From the IMG/VR virus record IMGVR_UViG_3300025093_000001: a DNA stretch of 37,726 bases; one strand, written 5' to 3'. Below the pieces are notes generated by a model. The model was not told the DNA's origin. It searched no databases and saw only the letters and a list, made by a program, of their open reading frames with translations. Positions 18,601 through 29,800 of this stretch are shown here, one piece after another. Numbering within the stretch: the stretch's first letter is position 1; each line of letters starts with the position of its first letter. Source of the DNA: a virus (taxonomy: Duplodnaviria > Heunggongvirae > Uroviricota > Caudoviricetes). The position numbers were made by a program, and so were the translations under genes.

Positions 18601-20073
18601 GAGGAACTTGCTGACCACTATTTAAACACTCTTATCAACAACTATAAGGATATCAACTCTAATAGAGGAGGTATAACTAAGCTGTTCAACTTTAAGAATA
18701 CACTCTTTGTAGATACAGAGGAGAGTAGGTTTGTATTACCCTCAACAAGTAAGGCTATTAAGGTCTCGGAAGAAACTATTAACCTAGGCACTGGAGAGTT
18801 CTTCTCTTTACCTGTACAAGAAATTGTAGATTCAGATATTGGTTATTTAGGTAATCAGAGTCAGTGGGCTATGGATATAACAGAGAATGGTGTATTCTCT
18901 ATAGATGCAGAGGCGGGTAATATATTCTTATATACTAAGGGTATACAAAACCTAGCCAGTCCTAAGTATGGTATGCACGGATTCTTTAAGGAACACCTAC
19001 CTCTAAATCTACCTGCACAATATGAAGACCTTAAGAATGGAGTTGGAAGTAATCCAAATTATATTCATGAGGATAGTCCTGTTAACCCTTATAATGGTAT
19101 AGGATACACTTCTGTATATGATGCAAGAAATGAAAGATGGATACTTACTAAGCATGACTATAGATTAACTGCATTAGGAGAGTCTTATGTACAGGGAACT
19201 ACAGTTCTTGTGGGAGGCGTACTTGTGCCTACTCGCATGGATATAGTTGATGGTACTTGGACTATCTTCTCGGGATTGACCTCATATGAGATTACTCCAC
19301 ACACTAGACCACTACTCTTCGAAGATATTGGTTGGACTATCTCCTTCTCAATGAAGAGGTCTGCTTGGATTAGTTTCCATAGCTATAGACCAACTAACTA
19401 TATCAGTAGTAAATTACACTTCCTGTCCGTAGATAATAAACTACAAATTGGTATAATTGATGGTCAGGATACTACAGGTATTTGGAAACATGGTGAGAAG
19501 TTCAGTTACCAAAACTTCTATGGTACTATATATCCACACATCATTGAAATGGTAGAATCTTCTAATCCTTTGGAAACTAGAGTATATGATTCTATTGGCT
19601 TTGTAACCAAAGCTAAGCAGTGGGATTCAACTAACAACTACTTCGTAGATAAGAGATTGATAACCTTTGATAAAGCAATCTTATACAATAACTATCAGAG
19701 TTCAGGGGAGCTAACCCTAGTAACCAAGCGGGATGACACTACTGGAATCTTACAAAGAAGTCAGGAGTATGTACAGACTGAGGCTCTATTAGATATTAAT
19801 GAGAGAACATTCTCATTCAATAACTTTAGAGACATGGTTGGTGACTATGATGTACCACTATTCACAAAAAATTGGGGTAATTCAGACTATCAGTCTAATT
19901 ACTACATAGACAAGATTATAAATCCATCAGCAATAAACTTGAATAAAAACTGGTGGGAACAGGATGTTTTTAGGGGTAAACACTTGACTTTACGGTTATT
20001 TTTTAGTATATTTGACAATGTGAAACTTTCTACACAAGTAAAAGTTTTTCAAACGAACACTACAGCACGATAA
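15661..20073 (+). CDS. Tail stabilisation / muzzle protein (P22 gp10-like, 1470 aa)
   Basis: Size, synteny and motifs: N-terminal KGLFTD...Y.FALNA, IYWVD..NPDR.LN, RSYMRDEVYAFGI.Y...DG..SPVFHIPGR, and C-terminal WT.SFS....WISFHSY.P. Confidence 0.8.
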   Translation: MAERQERDTGIKITGPRKGLFTDTSHEQQPQGTYPFALNAVDDSTEGDIFALSNENSNIECASVPDSYILLGNAYMEDGMNVLFYVDNDTGNSIISTLDKNCKLVNYVTSDCLGFNRNYPIEASFRVRNGCERIIYWVDHLNPDRHLNLDDLDTFIRDDYDEVTDPEESKWYCPQFNVDKLTEPVCIEFISLNENGGNLPSGALQLAVQHLDENLNGAGYCDPTPVIAIIDDFYSQTYSQITGCEAGTTTNKSVTTTISNIDTNYAYLEIVAILTVNGVTTHYSIENLPINGASMEYTLTGILDSSTVIPDISYVKNVYSSKTITQLENRLIRGNIKAPSRDFTSLQALANDIQTFYYTKNGRADDTTNPRKFSAKQGSYYYDNRSYMRDEVYAFGIYYIYEDGDRSPVFHIPGREKNKFADGATIPSADPNNGGPQYHPRYPVDTSTGGWDDCTYEVVTNGLGNKTDKIDEHEVAHLGLSAANSDTVERWKVFNTARKDTTLGDSALRPLGEYGFTDLESTGTLAYHECDTATYPTTQDCDGNYIYGDLAGEKIRHHRMPDASLELHYKKDGFGRNIYPLGIAFDNISLPAGVVGYKIVRADRTPLNKTVLDKGIGYFGRKATISTGDSFDFQAAMMNKHYPTTANLDTYVPAGAEAGALLGTVTSGVSSRQDKIAFHSAYTKFIGAGIKPSHIKSELLFEADIDAIGPVGATAGEGGGYEAIYDNVTQIRINSKCNIPITQSSYIGANTIDRGTFSRKKINNFQQETLWLESNVDSVILDENNVDVGIQADLAIYDTGTNNSDYVGYYSLKASGFDVYTNLENLIYLPVSVCMQTQEFTTEFGGDIFIARMDFNQTFRAEFDGSVTTYFEALSTGVTTWNYSNLVTYWAESEVNSELRHELPDQTFYPKSHTLTLWDDFLEPALQGGNYIPNYYNYNTDYSLNNREITFIQLPLTWNYCSDCLNEFTNRVVYSERSYQEELADHYLNTLINNYKDINSNRGGITKLFNFKNTLFVDTEESRFVLPSTSKAIKVSEETINLGTGEFFSLPVQEIVDSDIGYLGNQSQWAMDITENGVFSIDAEAGNIFLYTKGIQNLASPKYGMHGFFKEHLPLNLPAQYEDLKNGVGSNPNYIHEDSPVNPYNGIGYTSVYDARNERWILTKHDYRLTALGESYVQGTTVLVGGVLVPTRMDIVDGTWTIFSGLTSYEITPHTRPLLFEDIGWTISFSMKRSAWISFHSYRPTNYISSKLHFLSVDNKLQIGIIDGQDTTGIWKHGEKFSYQNFYGTIYPHIIEMVESSNPLETRVYDSIGFVTKAKQWDSTNNYFVDKRLITFDKAILYNNYQSSGELTLVTKRDDTTGILQRSQEYVQTEALLDINERTFSFNNFRDMVGDYDVPLFTKNWGNSDYQSNYYIDKIINPSAINLNKNWWEQDVFRGKHLTLRLFFSIFDNVKLSTQVKVFQTNTTAR
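19984..20014 (+). promoter_or_regulatory. Candidate Bacteroidota promoter embedded in the 3' end of the muzzle gene (TTG, 20-nt spacer, TATATTTG)
   Basis: TTG at 19984-19986 and TATATTTG at 20007-20014, with a T-rich spacer, about 60 nt upstream of the cargo-gene ATG at 20076. Confidence 0.5.
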
Positions 20074-20075
20074 TT

Positions 20076-21893
20076 ATGAAATCTAAAGAAATAAAGATAA
20101 CACCTAAATATGCACTAGGAGGAGCTCTCTCAGGGGGGCTTTCTGGTTTACAGGCTGGTGCTAAGTTGGGCCCTTGGGGAATGTTAGGAGGAGCACTATT
20201 AGGTGGTGTTGCTGGACATTTTATTGAGGAAGATACACAAGCTAAGGCTGAACAAGAGAAGGCTAGTATGGCATCTCTTAATAATTCAGGTTTTACTAAC
20301 ATGAATCCTGGCGGAGTTAGTGGAGTCATCACCTTTGAAGATGGTGGACTTTCAGTTACTAATCCTCTTATAAATGTAGAGGAGGGTGAGTTGATGGTAG
20401 ATAGAGCATCTGGAGAAATCATTGAGGAGTATTCAAAGGATAGGGGATTTAAACGTCACTCTAAAACTGAATCTCCTAATAACTTTGTACAGGCTCGTGA
20501 GAATGGAGTAGTAATTCCAAGACGTATGGCTGCTGAGTATAAGATGAATAAGAATCTTAGATATGGCTTCCTTAGAGATGTACTAAACAAACAAGCCGAC
20601 AGAATGATGTATGGTGTGGATGCAGATGGTAACCACGTTGAGTTTTCTAAAATTCAGCAAGATGCTAAGAGAATGTCTCAAGGTGGCTTTGCTAAGAGAT
20701 ATGGTAATGGTGGAGGGGAGCCAACGCTGGCTGAATTAAAAGCTTATCGTGCTGCTGCAGTAAAGGCAGGTAGAGTAGACACTGTAGGAAATAGAGAAAC
20801 CTTTTTTAATAATATTAGTGATGAAGATTTTCGAGAGAAAGTACGTTTTTATGCAGATATGAAACCAGCTGCTAGAGAGGCAGCTGCACAGGATTTGTAT
20901 CGGGAAATATTAAAACAAGAGGGTAGGACATCTTTAGAGCCATTAAAATTTGCTAGAGACCAGGTGGGAAACACTTTAAAAGATTGGACTAATCAAATTT
21001 TTGCAACTTCATTTGAAGATGGTGGAACAGTTCCTGAGGAACCAGTCATCCAAATTGACCCAGATGAAACAATGTTACCAGCTGCTTGGGAATTTCAACG
21101 TCAGTGGGGAGAAGGTCTTACACCTATGGGCTTAGAGGGTATTCCTAATACTCTCTCTACTGTTGACCCTATAGCGTCTGGACAGGCAGAATTACCTGGC
21201 AATCTATTGACACAAGATAGTTTTGTAGATGGTGTAGGTAAGTTCACTAGACCTGATAATCCACTATGGACTACAGGAAATACTATTGGTGCTATTGGTA
21301 CTGGTATTTCTGCATTGGGCCCACTGTTTACTACAATGTACAGTGGTATTGACAGAGATGAGCAGAATACATACAAAGGAGTAAGCCGTCGTGCTGAGGG
21401 TGAAGTTGCAGATGTATTCAAGGGTGTACAAGAAGAAGGGTTGCGAGATATCAATATGGGAGCTAATGTAGCTACTGAGATGAATAGAATTAGAACTACT
21501 GATTTCTCATCTATGTTAGCTAACCAACAAAATATTAATAGACAGAAGAATCGTAGTGTATCCTCTTTCTTAAATGATGTGGCATCCTCAAGAGCTAAGC
21601 TTATGGCAGACTTAATGTTTAAAGGCGATATGGCTGAGGCTCAGGCAGAAGAGAAAAGGTTGACTAACTTAGATATGAATAGAGACAATTACTTTAGTAA
21701 CATCTCTAGCAACTTATCTAACTTAGGTGTTAACATGCAAGGATTTGGAAGAAACCTTAACATGCATACACGCAACCAAACTCAATTGAATATCCTTAAA
21801 CAAATGTCACCAGACTTTGATATTGATGCACAAGGTAATATTACTTTCAAGGGTAAGCCTTTGGGAGTTGATGTAAATGGAAAAAGAGTATGA
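20076..21893 (+). CDS. Internal virion cargo / ejection protein 1 (605 aa)
   Basis: Gly-rich hydrophobic N-terminus (GGALSGGLSG...GALLGGVAG), NVEEGEL motif, repeated xxxGG motifs, Q/N-rich helical C-terminus and no Cys. Follows the muzzle gene as in crAss-like phages. Confidence 0.65.
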   Translation: MKSKEIKITPKYALGGALSGGLSGLQAGAKLGPWGMLGGALLGGVAGHFIEEDTQAKAEQEKASMASLNNSGFTNMNPGGVSGVITFEDGGLSVTNPLINVEEGELMVDRASGEIIEEYSKDRGFKRHSKTESPNNFVQARENGVVIPRRMAAEYKMNKNLRYGFLRDVLNKQADRMMYGVDADGNHVEFSKIQQDAKRMSQGGFAKRYGNGGGEPTLAELKAYRAAAVKAGRVDTVGNRETFFNNISDEDFREKVRFYADMKPAAREAAAQDLYREILKQEGRTSLEPLKFARDQVGNTLKDWTNQIFATSFEDGGTVPEEPVIQIDPDETMLPAAWEFQRQWGEGLTPMGLEGIPNTLSTVDPIASGQAELPGNLLTQDSFVDGVGKFTRPDNPLWTTGNTIGAIGTGISALGPLFTTMYSGIDRDEQNTYKGVSRRAEGEVADVFKGVQEEGLRDINMGANVATEMNRIRTTDFSSMLANQQNINRQKNRSVSSFLNDVASSRAKLMADLMFKGDMAEAQAEEKRLTNLDMNRDNYFSNISSNLSNLGVNMQGFGRNLNMHTRNQTQLNILKQMSPDFDIDAQGNITFKGKPLGVDVNGKRV

Positions 21894-23869
21894 GTAGATT
21901 CTATAAAACCAGTGGAAGTAACCCAATAGATTGGGCTTACCAACTTCCTTATCAGGAGATGTTGCAGGGACTTATGTCCAAGCAAGGTGCTCAAGACAGA
22001 ATGATTGCTGCTACAGGTCAGATAGAATCTCTTGGGCAGAAGTTAAGATTTTTGAATGCAGATAGGACTGAGGCTATGCGTCAGATGGAATGGTTGGATA
22101 GTAATGTTCAACAGTTCACTGGTATGGATTTAACTGACCCAACTAATAGAGCTAAGCTTCGTGGCTTTGCTAGAGAGGCAGCTAGACGTTGGGGACCAAG
22201 TGGTATTGCAGGAAAAATCAGTTCTAACTTTGCTTCATTCCAAGCTTATCAAGATGCCCTATCAAAAGACTCTAATATCTCACAATTTAGACGTAGAAGA
22301 GCTATCGAAAAATCTCTTAAGGATTATAAGGGTGTAGGAAGCTCTGACCCGTATGGTGGAGAATATAAAAGTTTCTCGGGCTTTACTCCAACTAAAGATT
22401 TTGCGTATCAAGATGAGTGGCTTAAGATTGCTTCTAAAGTAAAAGGTGATAAGATTACTAAGAAGTGGGCTGAAAGTAATGGTATGTACATTGACAACTG
22501 GGAGGAGATGAAAACTATGAACACTGAGCAGAAAATGGCTGCCATGTTCCAAGCATTCCAGAATAGACCAGATGTTAGAAATGCAATTCAAGAAGATGTA
22601 TATTTAGGAGTAATGGAAAAAGATTCTGTTCCACAATTCCTGACTCAATTGTATCAATCTGGAATGTCTACTCAAGCTTTGGATTCTGAGACTGGATTTT
22701 CACGAAGAGCTGATAGTTGGAAAATTGCACAGTGGAAGAGAAAGCAAGAACAGGCTAATATTTATGACCCGTATACTCTAAGTCAAGTTGATGCTGTTGC
22801 TGCAGCAGGACGTGGTGAAGGTATAGATATCTCTACTGATAAGCCAGGTACTTGGACAGGTGGTGGTAAGGTAGCAGCTACAGACCTTATTCTGACTGGT
22901 AGAACTATTCCTATTGATTATACTAAGTTTAAGAACTTAAGCCCAGCAGCTAAGCAGGTATTGAAGTTACAATGGGAAAATAAAGATATATTAGAGAGTA
23001 ATCCTAACTCAAAAGAGTCCTTAATGATTAAGGAGCAAATTGCAGACTTAACATCTAAGTTTGAAGCTGATGATACTATTTACTTAAAGAGGGCAGGTAG
23101 AAAACTTAACAAGATGTTTACCCAACTTCAGGCTATTCAACTTGACCATGCAGGTACTGTAGAGGCAGAAGCCCTAAGAGATTTAATAGCAAGACCTGGA
23201 GAGAAGGGTTATGATATGTATGTAACTGGAAGTTTCCGTACAGGTAAGACTAAGATTGATAATATCAAAACTTTACAGAGGGACTTTAAAGAATATACAG
23301 GTACTAATGTAATTAGTAAAAATGAAGATGGTACTTACTCTATTTTAGGAGGTATTAGACATACACCTGGTCATGTAGCTCAAGGAGCTGTAAATACGGG
23401 TAGGGGTGTTAAGATGACTCAAGACCATATTGATAATTATACAAATACTTCTGAAGCAATGCTTATACTAGATGAAGATGCATTAGAACAAAAACAGTAT
23501 ATGGACAAGTATTACTCCAATCCAGCGGGAGATGCATTTATTCTTCCTGACCAAGAGGGAGAAGGTGTAAGATTTGGATTGGCTGGTGAGAAGAGTATTC
23601 AAGAAGATTCAGATGCTTGGGACAGAAAAGCAGCTTGGGAAAGAATGATTCAATCAGAGGTTGACCTCCCAGCAGAACAAAGAAAGAATTTCAATCAAGC
23701 CACTATAGATGTTTATAATGAGGCAAATAGACTAGCTAATTATATTGACTATGAACTTACAGACTGGTTCTCTGGTCCATTAGATAGAGAAGTAAAAGCA
23801 AAAGCAAAAGCAGAAAGAATTTCTAATAACCCTGTTAACCCAGGAGGATTAACTTGGGGATTCCAATAG
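21890..23869 (+). CDS. Internal virion cargo / ejection protein 2 (659 aa)
   Basis: N-terminal RFYK...YQLPYQEM...KQ..QD helical region, no Cys, located between cargo 1 and the RNAP gene. Confidence 0.6.
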   Translation: MSRFYKTSGSNPIDWAYQLPYQEMLQGLMSKQGAQDRMIAATGQIESLGQKLRFLNADRTEAMRQMEWLDSNVQQFTGMDLTDPTNRAKLRGFAREAARRWGPSGIAGKISSNFASFQAYQDALSKDSNISQFRRRRAIEKSLKDYKGVGSSDPYGGEYKSFSGFTPTKDFAYQDEWLKIASKVKGDKITKKWAESNGMYIDNWEEMKTMNTEQKMAAMFQAFQNRPDVRNAIQEDVYLGVMEKDSVPQFLTQLYQSGMSTQALDSETGFSRRADSWKIAQWKRKQEQANIYDPYTLSQVDAVAAAGRGEGIDISTDKPGTWTGGGKVAATDLILTGRTIPIDYTKFKNLSPAAKQVLKLQWENKDILESNPNSKESLMIKEQIADLTSKFEADDTIYLKRAGRKLNKMFTQLQAIQLDHAGTVEAEALRDLIARPGEKGYDMYVTGSFRTGKTKIDNIKTLQRDFKEYTGTNVISKNEDGTYSILGGIRHTPGHVAQGAVNTGRGVKMTQDHIDNYTNTSEAMLILDEDALEQKQYMDKYYSNPAGDAFILPDQEGEGVRFGLAGEKSIQEDSDAWDRKAAWERMIQSEVDLPAEQRKNFNQATIDVYNEANRLANYIDYELTDWFSGPLDREVKAKAKAERISNNPVNPGGLTWGFQ

Positions 23870-23876
23870 AATAAAT

Positions 23877-26800
23877 ATGGCAGAAGATAAAACATTTAGT
23901 GTAGAAGACTTTGCAAGTCAAGGTGTAGGATTTACTCCTACTCCTAAAGTGCAACTATCGCAACAAATCCTAGCTCCACATAGAAAGAGGCAAGCTGTTG
24001 CATCTAATTTTTCAAGTCCTGGTAGGTCATATTTAGATATGACTTTTGAGCCTACTGAGGAAGGAAATGCTTGGTGGCAAAATGAATTTGATGCAGCTAA
24101 TCAGAATTGGTTAGAATCTTGGGGAGTTGGCTTAACTAAATTTGTAGGAAAGACTGGACTATATACAATAGGTAATATAGGTGGACTTGCTGTGGCTTTA
24201 CTTAAGACTCCAGGTGCTATCGCCAATGGTGATTTTACAAGATTATTCAATAACGAATTTTCTACAGCTATGATGAATGCTGAAGAGTGGTTGGATGAAA
24301 ACCTAAAGAGTTATTATAGTCAAGCAGAGCAGGACGCTAACTTTTGGAAAAGTATGGGTCAGGCTAATTTCTGGGCTAATGATGTTCTTGGTGGCATGGC
24401 ATTTACAGTCTCTGCTGTATTATCAGCATATCTTACTGGTGGTGGGGGATTAGCCTCTGCTGCTGCAAGAGGTTCTATGCTCTCAAGAATGCTTAAAGGT
24501 GCATCTGTTGTAACTAAAGGTATTTCTAAAACTCCATGGAAACAAGGTCTTACTCAAGCATCTAAGCTATTAGGTAAAAGCTTTGGACAAACAGCTAAAC
24601 AAGCTGCTATGGGTACAAAGAACTTTATGGTAGGTGCTTGGTATGAGGCAGGTGTTGAAGCAAATCATTTCATTAAGGATACTGAAGACAAGTACAAAAA
24701 TAAATTCATTGAAGAGTATACTAAAACTAATGGACAAACTCCTTCATCACAAGAGGTAGTAGATTATTTAGCTACTAAGAAGTCTACTATTAATCGAGCT
24801 GCTAATGCTTTATTTGTTGGTAACCTTGCTCTTGTAGGTGGTGTAAATATGATTACACTTCCTTCTATATTTGGTAGAGGACTATTTAAAGCTTCTAATC
24901 CTTATGCTCATCTAGCTAAAGGTGCAAATAAACCTGTTGACTGGTTCAAAAGAGTAGCTGGTGACCTAGGTGCTAAGAAGATAAGTAAGGATGCTGCAAC
25001 TGGTGCATGGAAGATGGCATTTGACCGTTGGGGAAGTACTACAGGAGGTAAGCTCCTAAGAGGTACTTATTATACATCTAAACTACTTAGAAACCCATTA
25101 TATGAAGGTTTCGTAGAAGAAGGTGGCCAAGGCTTGATGTCTAGAGCTGCATTCAACTATGTAGCAGGACAGTATAACCCAGAAGGTACGCATAACCAAT
25201 ACACAATGATGAACTCATTAGGTGATGCTTTTGATGATACTTATGGTACATTCGGTACTGACGAGAATCCAGAGTTCTGGAAGGAAGTTGGTATTGGTGT
25301 AATCATTGGTGCTTTAGGTGCTCCTACATTCAGAGGAGCTAATCCATTCAAGGATGGTAACTGGCAGGGTGGTGCTTATGGTAAATACCGTGAGACTCGT
25401 AGGGATTTAGCTGCTGCTAGAGAAATGATAGATGAAATAAATGCTGGTAACGTAGCTCCTGCATTTAAGAAGGCTGTTAAGGCAAGTAACTCTATCTACA
25501 CAAGTAGCCAAAGAAAGCAGGAAGGTATTGCTGATACTGACTTCTTTACAGCTAAGAGAGCTGAATCTGCTGAACTATTTGGTGCAGTTAAAATGCATCA
25601 TGACCTTGGTATCACAGAATACTTAGAAGAAGACTTCGCAAAAGAAGTTGAAGAAATGCCACTTGATGCTTTCAGAGAATCATTTGGTTATGAGAATATG
25701 AAGGATGAAGAGCTTGAGGCTCGTAAGAAAGAAGTTGTTGATGCTTTTAGAAGAAAGGTAGAGATGACTACTAACGCTATTAACAAGGCTCAAGAAATTA
25801 TCCGTAACAGAAAATTAGTAGGGGAAGATGAGAATGGTAACATTGATGAAATGCTCAATGAAGACCTAACAACTGCTTTAGCTTACAACATCCATTTAGG
25901 TTATGACCTGGATGCTACTGAGAAGAAGTTGTTTGAGACTTTATCTGAGATGACAGGGATGGACCCAAGAACTCTTCGCCAAGCTCGTAATGCTAATCTT
26001 AGAATTCCTTTCAATAAGAGTCAAATTAGTAAGGTACAAAAGGAACTTAAAAAGTACCAACGTTACCTTGATATGTCCAAGAAGGAAGAGAAGATTGGTA
26101 AATGGTCAAGTAGAAAAGAAACTGCTGAAGATGTAATTGCAAATCTTGAAGATAGAATCAAGGCAATTATTCGTGAAGAAGAAGAAACTCGTAAGGCTGT
26201 TAAGTTAGAATACAATGGTGATATTGACGCATTGTATGAAGATTTAATGGCTTCATTTGAAGCGAGAAAGCAGTTTGAAGAGGTATATGAAGAATTACCT
26301 TACGACAAAGATGCTATCACTAATACATTCAATGACCTGCACAAGATTGCAGAGCAAAGAAGATTAGCTGTCCAAGAATTTGATGCACTCTCTTCAAGAG
26401 AAGGTGCAGTTCTGTTTGGAGAAGATGTAGCTACTGTACGAGCTGATATGGAACGTATCACTAAAGAAACTCTTATCAAGAGATGGAGACAAGACTTAAT
26501 CCAGATTGGACTCAAGACTGGTAACCAAAATCTTGTAGAGTCTGTACAAGCTGATGAGACTTCTGAACAATTAGGTGAGTTCAAGAGAATGCCTGATACT
26601 GACGATGCAGAGTTCAATGGCTTTAAGAATGAGTTCTCTGATTTGGTTGAAGATGTTAGAGAGAAGCTGAAGAATCCAGATGGATATTCACCAGAAACTC
26701 TAACTAATGCTATCTCTACATTAACTAAATACAAAGAGGCTGCAGAAGCTATGGCAGAAGAGGCTGCTAATCCAGAAGTTAAAGGATTGTACACTGAGCT

Positions 26801-29800
26801 TCAAGAGCAAATTGATGAAGAGTTAGATATATTAAAAGAACTTAATAAGGCTAACAAGCGTTACGAGACTCATGGTACTGAGCCTATTCTAGATAAAGCA
26901 ACCAGTTTAATTCGTATTACCCTTCCTCAGGATGAAGAGGAAAGAGCACAGGCTCTTGAGGTATTGGATAAAGCTGATGCAGATTCCCTAAAAGCTTTCT
27001 TATCTATTCGTAAAGTAGAATATGATAAAGGAGGTACTCCCGTAAAACCTAAGAATAAGAGAGGTGTTGAGATTACTGATACACCAATCACAATTATGAG
27101 AGGTAACCCTAAGGTTGCAGGGGAGGGGTATGCCTTATTTTATGGTGATGTTAAGATTGGTGGAATTACACACCCTGATAAATTTCATTATGAAGGTAGA
27201 CCACTAAACCCAGAGGTTGCTAATGAGCTTCTGGCATTGGGATTACCTGTAGGTGAGCATGAACTGTTTAAGCAATTCCATGCAGCTACTACTGCTCTTT
27301 TCCAAGAGGTAGATAATAAAGGTAGTGTTGGTGGTAAAAAGATTGCTGAAACTCTTTACTTGCGTAAGGGTGCTCCTGGATTCCAAATGATTTCTAATCA
27401 AGATATTAGACCTTTGGTAGGTGACCTATTTACTCAAAACCCTGAGTATCTTGTAGAGATGGGTGGTAAGAAAGGATTATTCATAGTAAGAGACCAAGAG
27501 ATGTTCTTGGTAGAACCTACTGGAGAGGTGACACAACTTGAGTCTGAGGAAGCTATTAACTTTAGAGCAAAAGGTATTAAAGACTCATTCAAAAGTCCTG
27601 CATCTTTTGCAAACCTTCGACATCAATATGTACTGGTTGCACCAGTTGGAGATAGAAACCAAATCTTAGGTCTTGATTATCCACAAGCTAACTCATATAC
27701 AGAAGAGCAGTTTAAAGCAGAACTAGAGGATAAAGTATTTGCGTTTGATAAGGTTTCAAATGAAGACCTTGTTAAAGAAGCTAAAGATAAAAAGATAGTT
27801 AGTAGAGAAATTGAGATGTTCGTGACTTTGGGTAACTCTGAGAGAGCCACATCTAAGGTGTCTGTATTCGTAACTATTGCGAGAAGAAGAACTACTGAAG
27901 ACCCTAATAAGTTTACTAGAGCATTTGTTAACATTAGATTCAAGCCAACAGAGCCTGGGTCTTGGGGTGTTAACTGGAATGTAATCAAAAGAAATGAAGA
28001 TAATGACGGTCTCTTAGTAACTTACTATCAAGATAATAAAAAGGTAGAAGAACCTTTAACTAAGGATAGCCTTATTAGAGCTCTTAATAGAAGAATGCTT
28101 TCATTCCACAATAAGAAAAAGAAAGAAGAGCATGAAGAATATTTAGATACTCTATTGAGTGATTCTGATGGTAACTTGGCTGCAAGAGTAGCTGATGTTA
28201 AGACACGAGTTGAGACTGATACACTTAGAGATTTAGAATTAGCTGCAACTCCTAGAGCTGCTTCTGGAACAGATTATTACATGTACCCTAGAAAGGCTGT
28301 ATTTGAAAAAGCAGTAAAGGTAGCTAAGAAAGAAGATGCTCCAGTAGTATCTCCAACTACATCTAATCCAATCAATACAGCTAGTCCTGAGTTGAGAGTG
28401 GTTGATAATCCTGAAGTTAAAGGTGGGAAAGAAATCTTTATTAGAGCTGGATTTGATGCACAGAAGGGTGAGGAAAGTTGGTTATCTGTAAGTAGCTGGC
28501 AACAAGAACTTGATGGTGCATTAGCTGCAGGTATAGTTAAAGATATTGATGCTGCAAGAGTACATCCAAGATTGGGACAATACTATGCTCAATTTGGTTT
28601 ATCTATTAGTGATACGGGTAAAATCTATCTTCCCGAAGTTAAGACTGAGGAGAAACCAGCAGTAGCTGATGATGAAGCTTCTACGGAAGTTGCTTCTCCT
28701 GATGAAGTAGAAACTCCTAAAACTGATGCAGAACGTCTTAAAGAAATGGAAGAGGCTGCTCAGGAAGATACTAATGCGGAAGAACAAGAAGAAGAGGATG
28801 ATGATAATCCATACTTCTCAAGAACCTCTTATGACAATACTTCTAAGTTGACTTATGCTGAGGCTTTGAAACTGTTGAAGAGTATTCTTCCTATTCAATC
28901 AGATGAGAATCCTAATGGACTTATCTCACTTAAGGAAATTGCAGGTCTAGAGAATAGACTTAAAGCTAATGGTACTACCTTTGGTGCATTTAGAGATAAT
29001 ATTATCTACCTAGAAAAGAATAAAGCAAATAGAGGTATTGTATTCCACGAAGCTTTCCATGCTGTATTCAGGTCTCTACTTTCTCCAAGTGAGAGAGCAG
29101 CTATCTATGCAGAAGCTATGGAAGAGTTCGGAGTTCCATCTAAAGAAGATTTAGATAAACTGAGAGATACTCACCCAAGCTATTTGAATATGTCTGGTGT
29201 TGAGGTAGCTAACCTATGGTATGAAGAAAAGCTTGCAGATAAATTTGCAAACTATGCAGCACCAAAGAAAGCTGCAACTACTGCAATAGGAAGATTCTTC
29301 CAAAGAATCTGGAACTGGATTACTTCATTCAGAGGTACTTCCAGAGCTCCATTCCAACAACTATTTGATAACATTTTATCTGGACAATATGTTAAGCCTA
29401 GCTCTATCTATAATAATGATAGTAGCGTAGCTATGATTATGTTGCCTAGAAAGAAACGTATTAATGAGAATGTAAAGAATCCTAGACTTAACAGGATTCA
29501 GTCTGAACGTATTATCTCTAGAGTAGCACATGATGTCTATGATAAGGTAGCAGAGTCTGGAACTCTTATTGGTATTTCCGAGGTGATTAATGCTGCTATG
29601 GATAACATTGCAGACTTCTATAGTGTAGCTAACTGGGAGACTGAAAGACTTCAAAAACTGAAGAATACTAATGTGGAATTAACGCAAAGGTTCACTAATG
29701 ACCTTGCTGATATGAGTTCTGCACTTAAGCATAAAGAGTCAAGAAAAATTATTCGTAGAGAGGTTGCTAACCTTATCTCTATGATTGATACTGAGCTTGA

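Noticed and set aside
21813-21827. A second DFDID pentapeptide (SPDFDIDAQG) near the end of cargo protein 1
   Set aside because: It lacks the preceding R-x-P and barrel context and lies about 20 aa from the C-terminus of a helical protein, so it is most likely coincidental and not a second RNAP active site.
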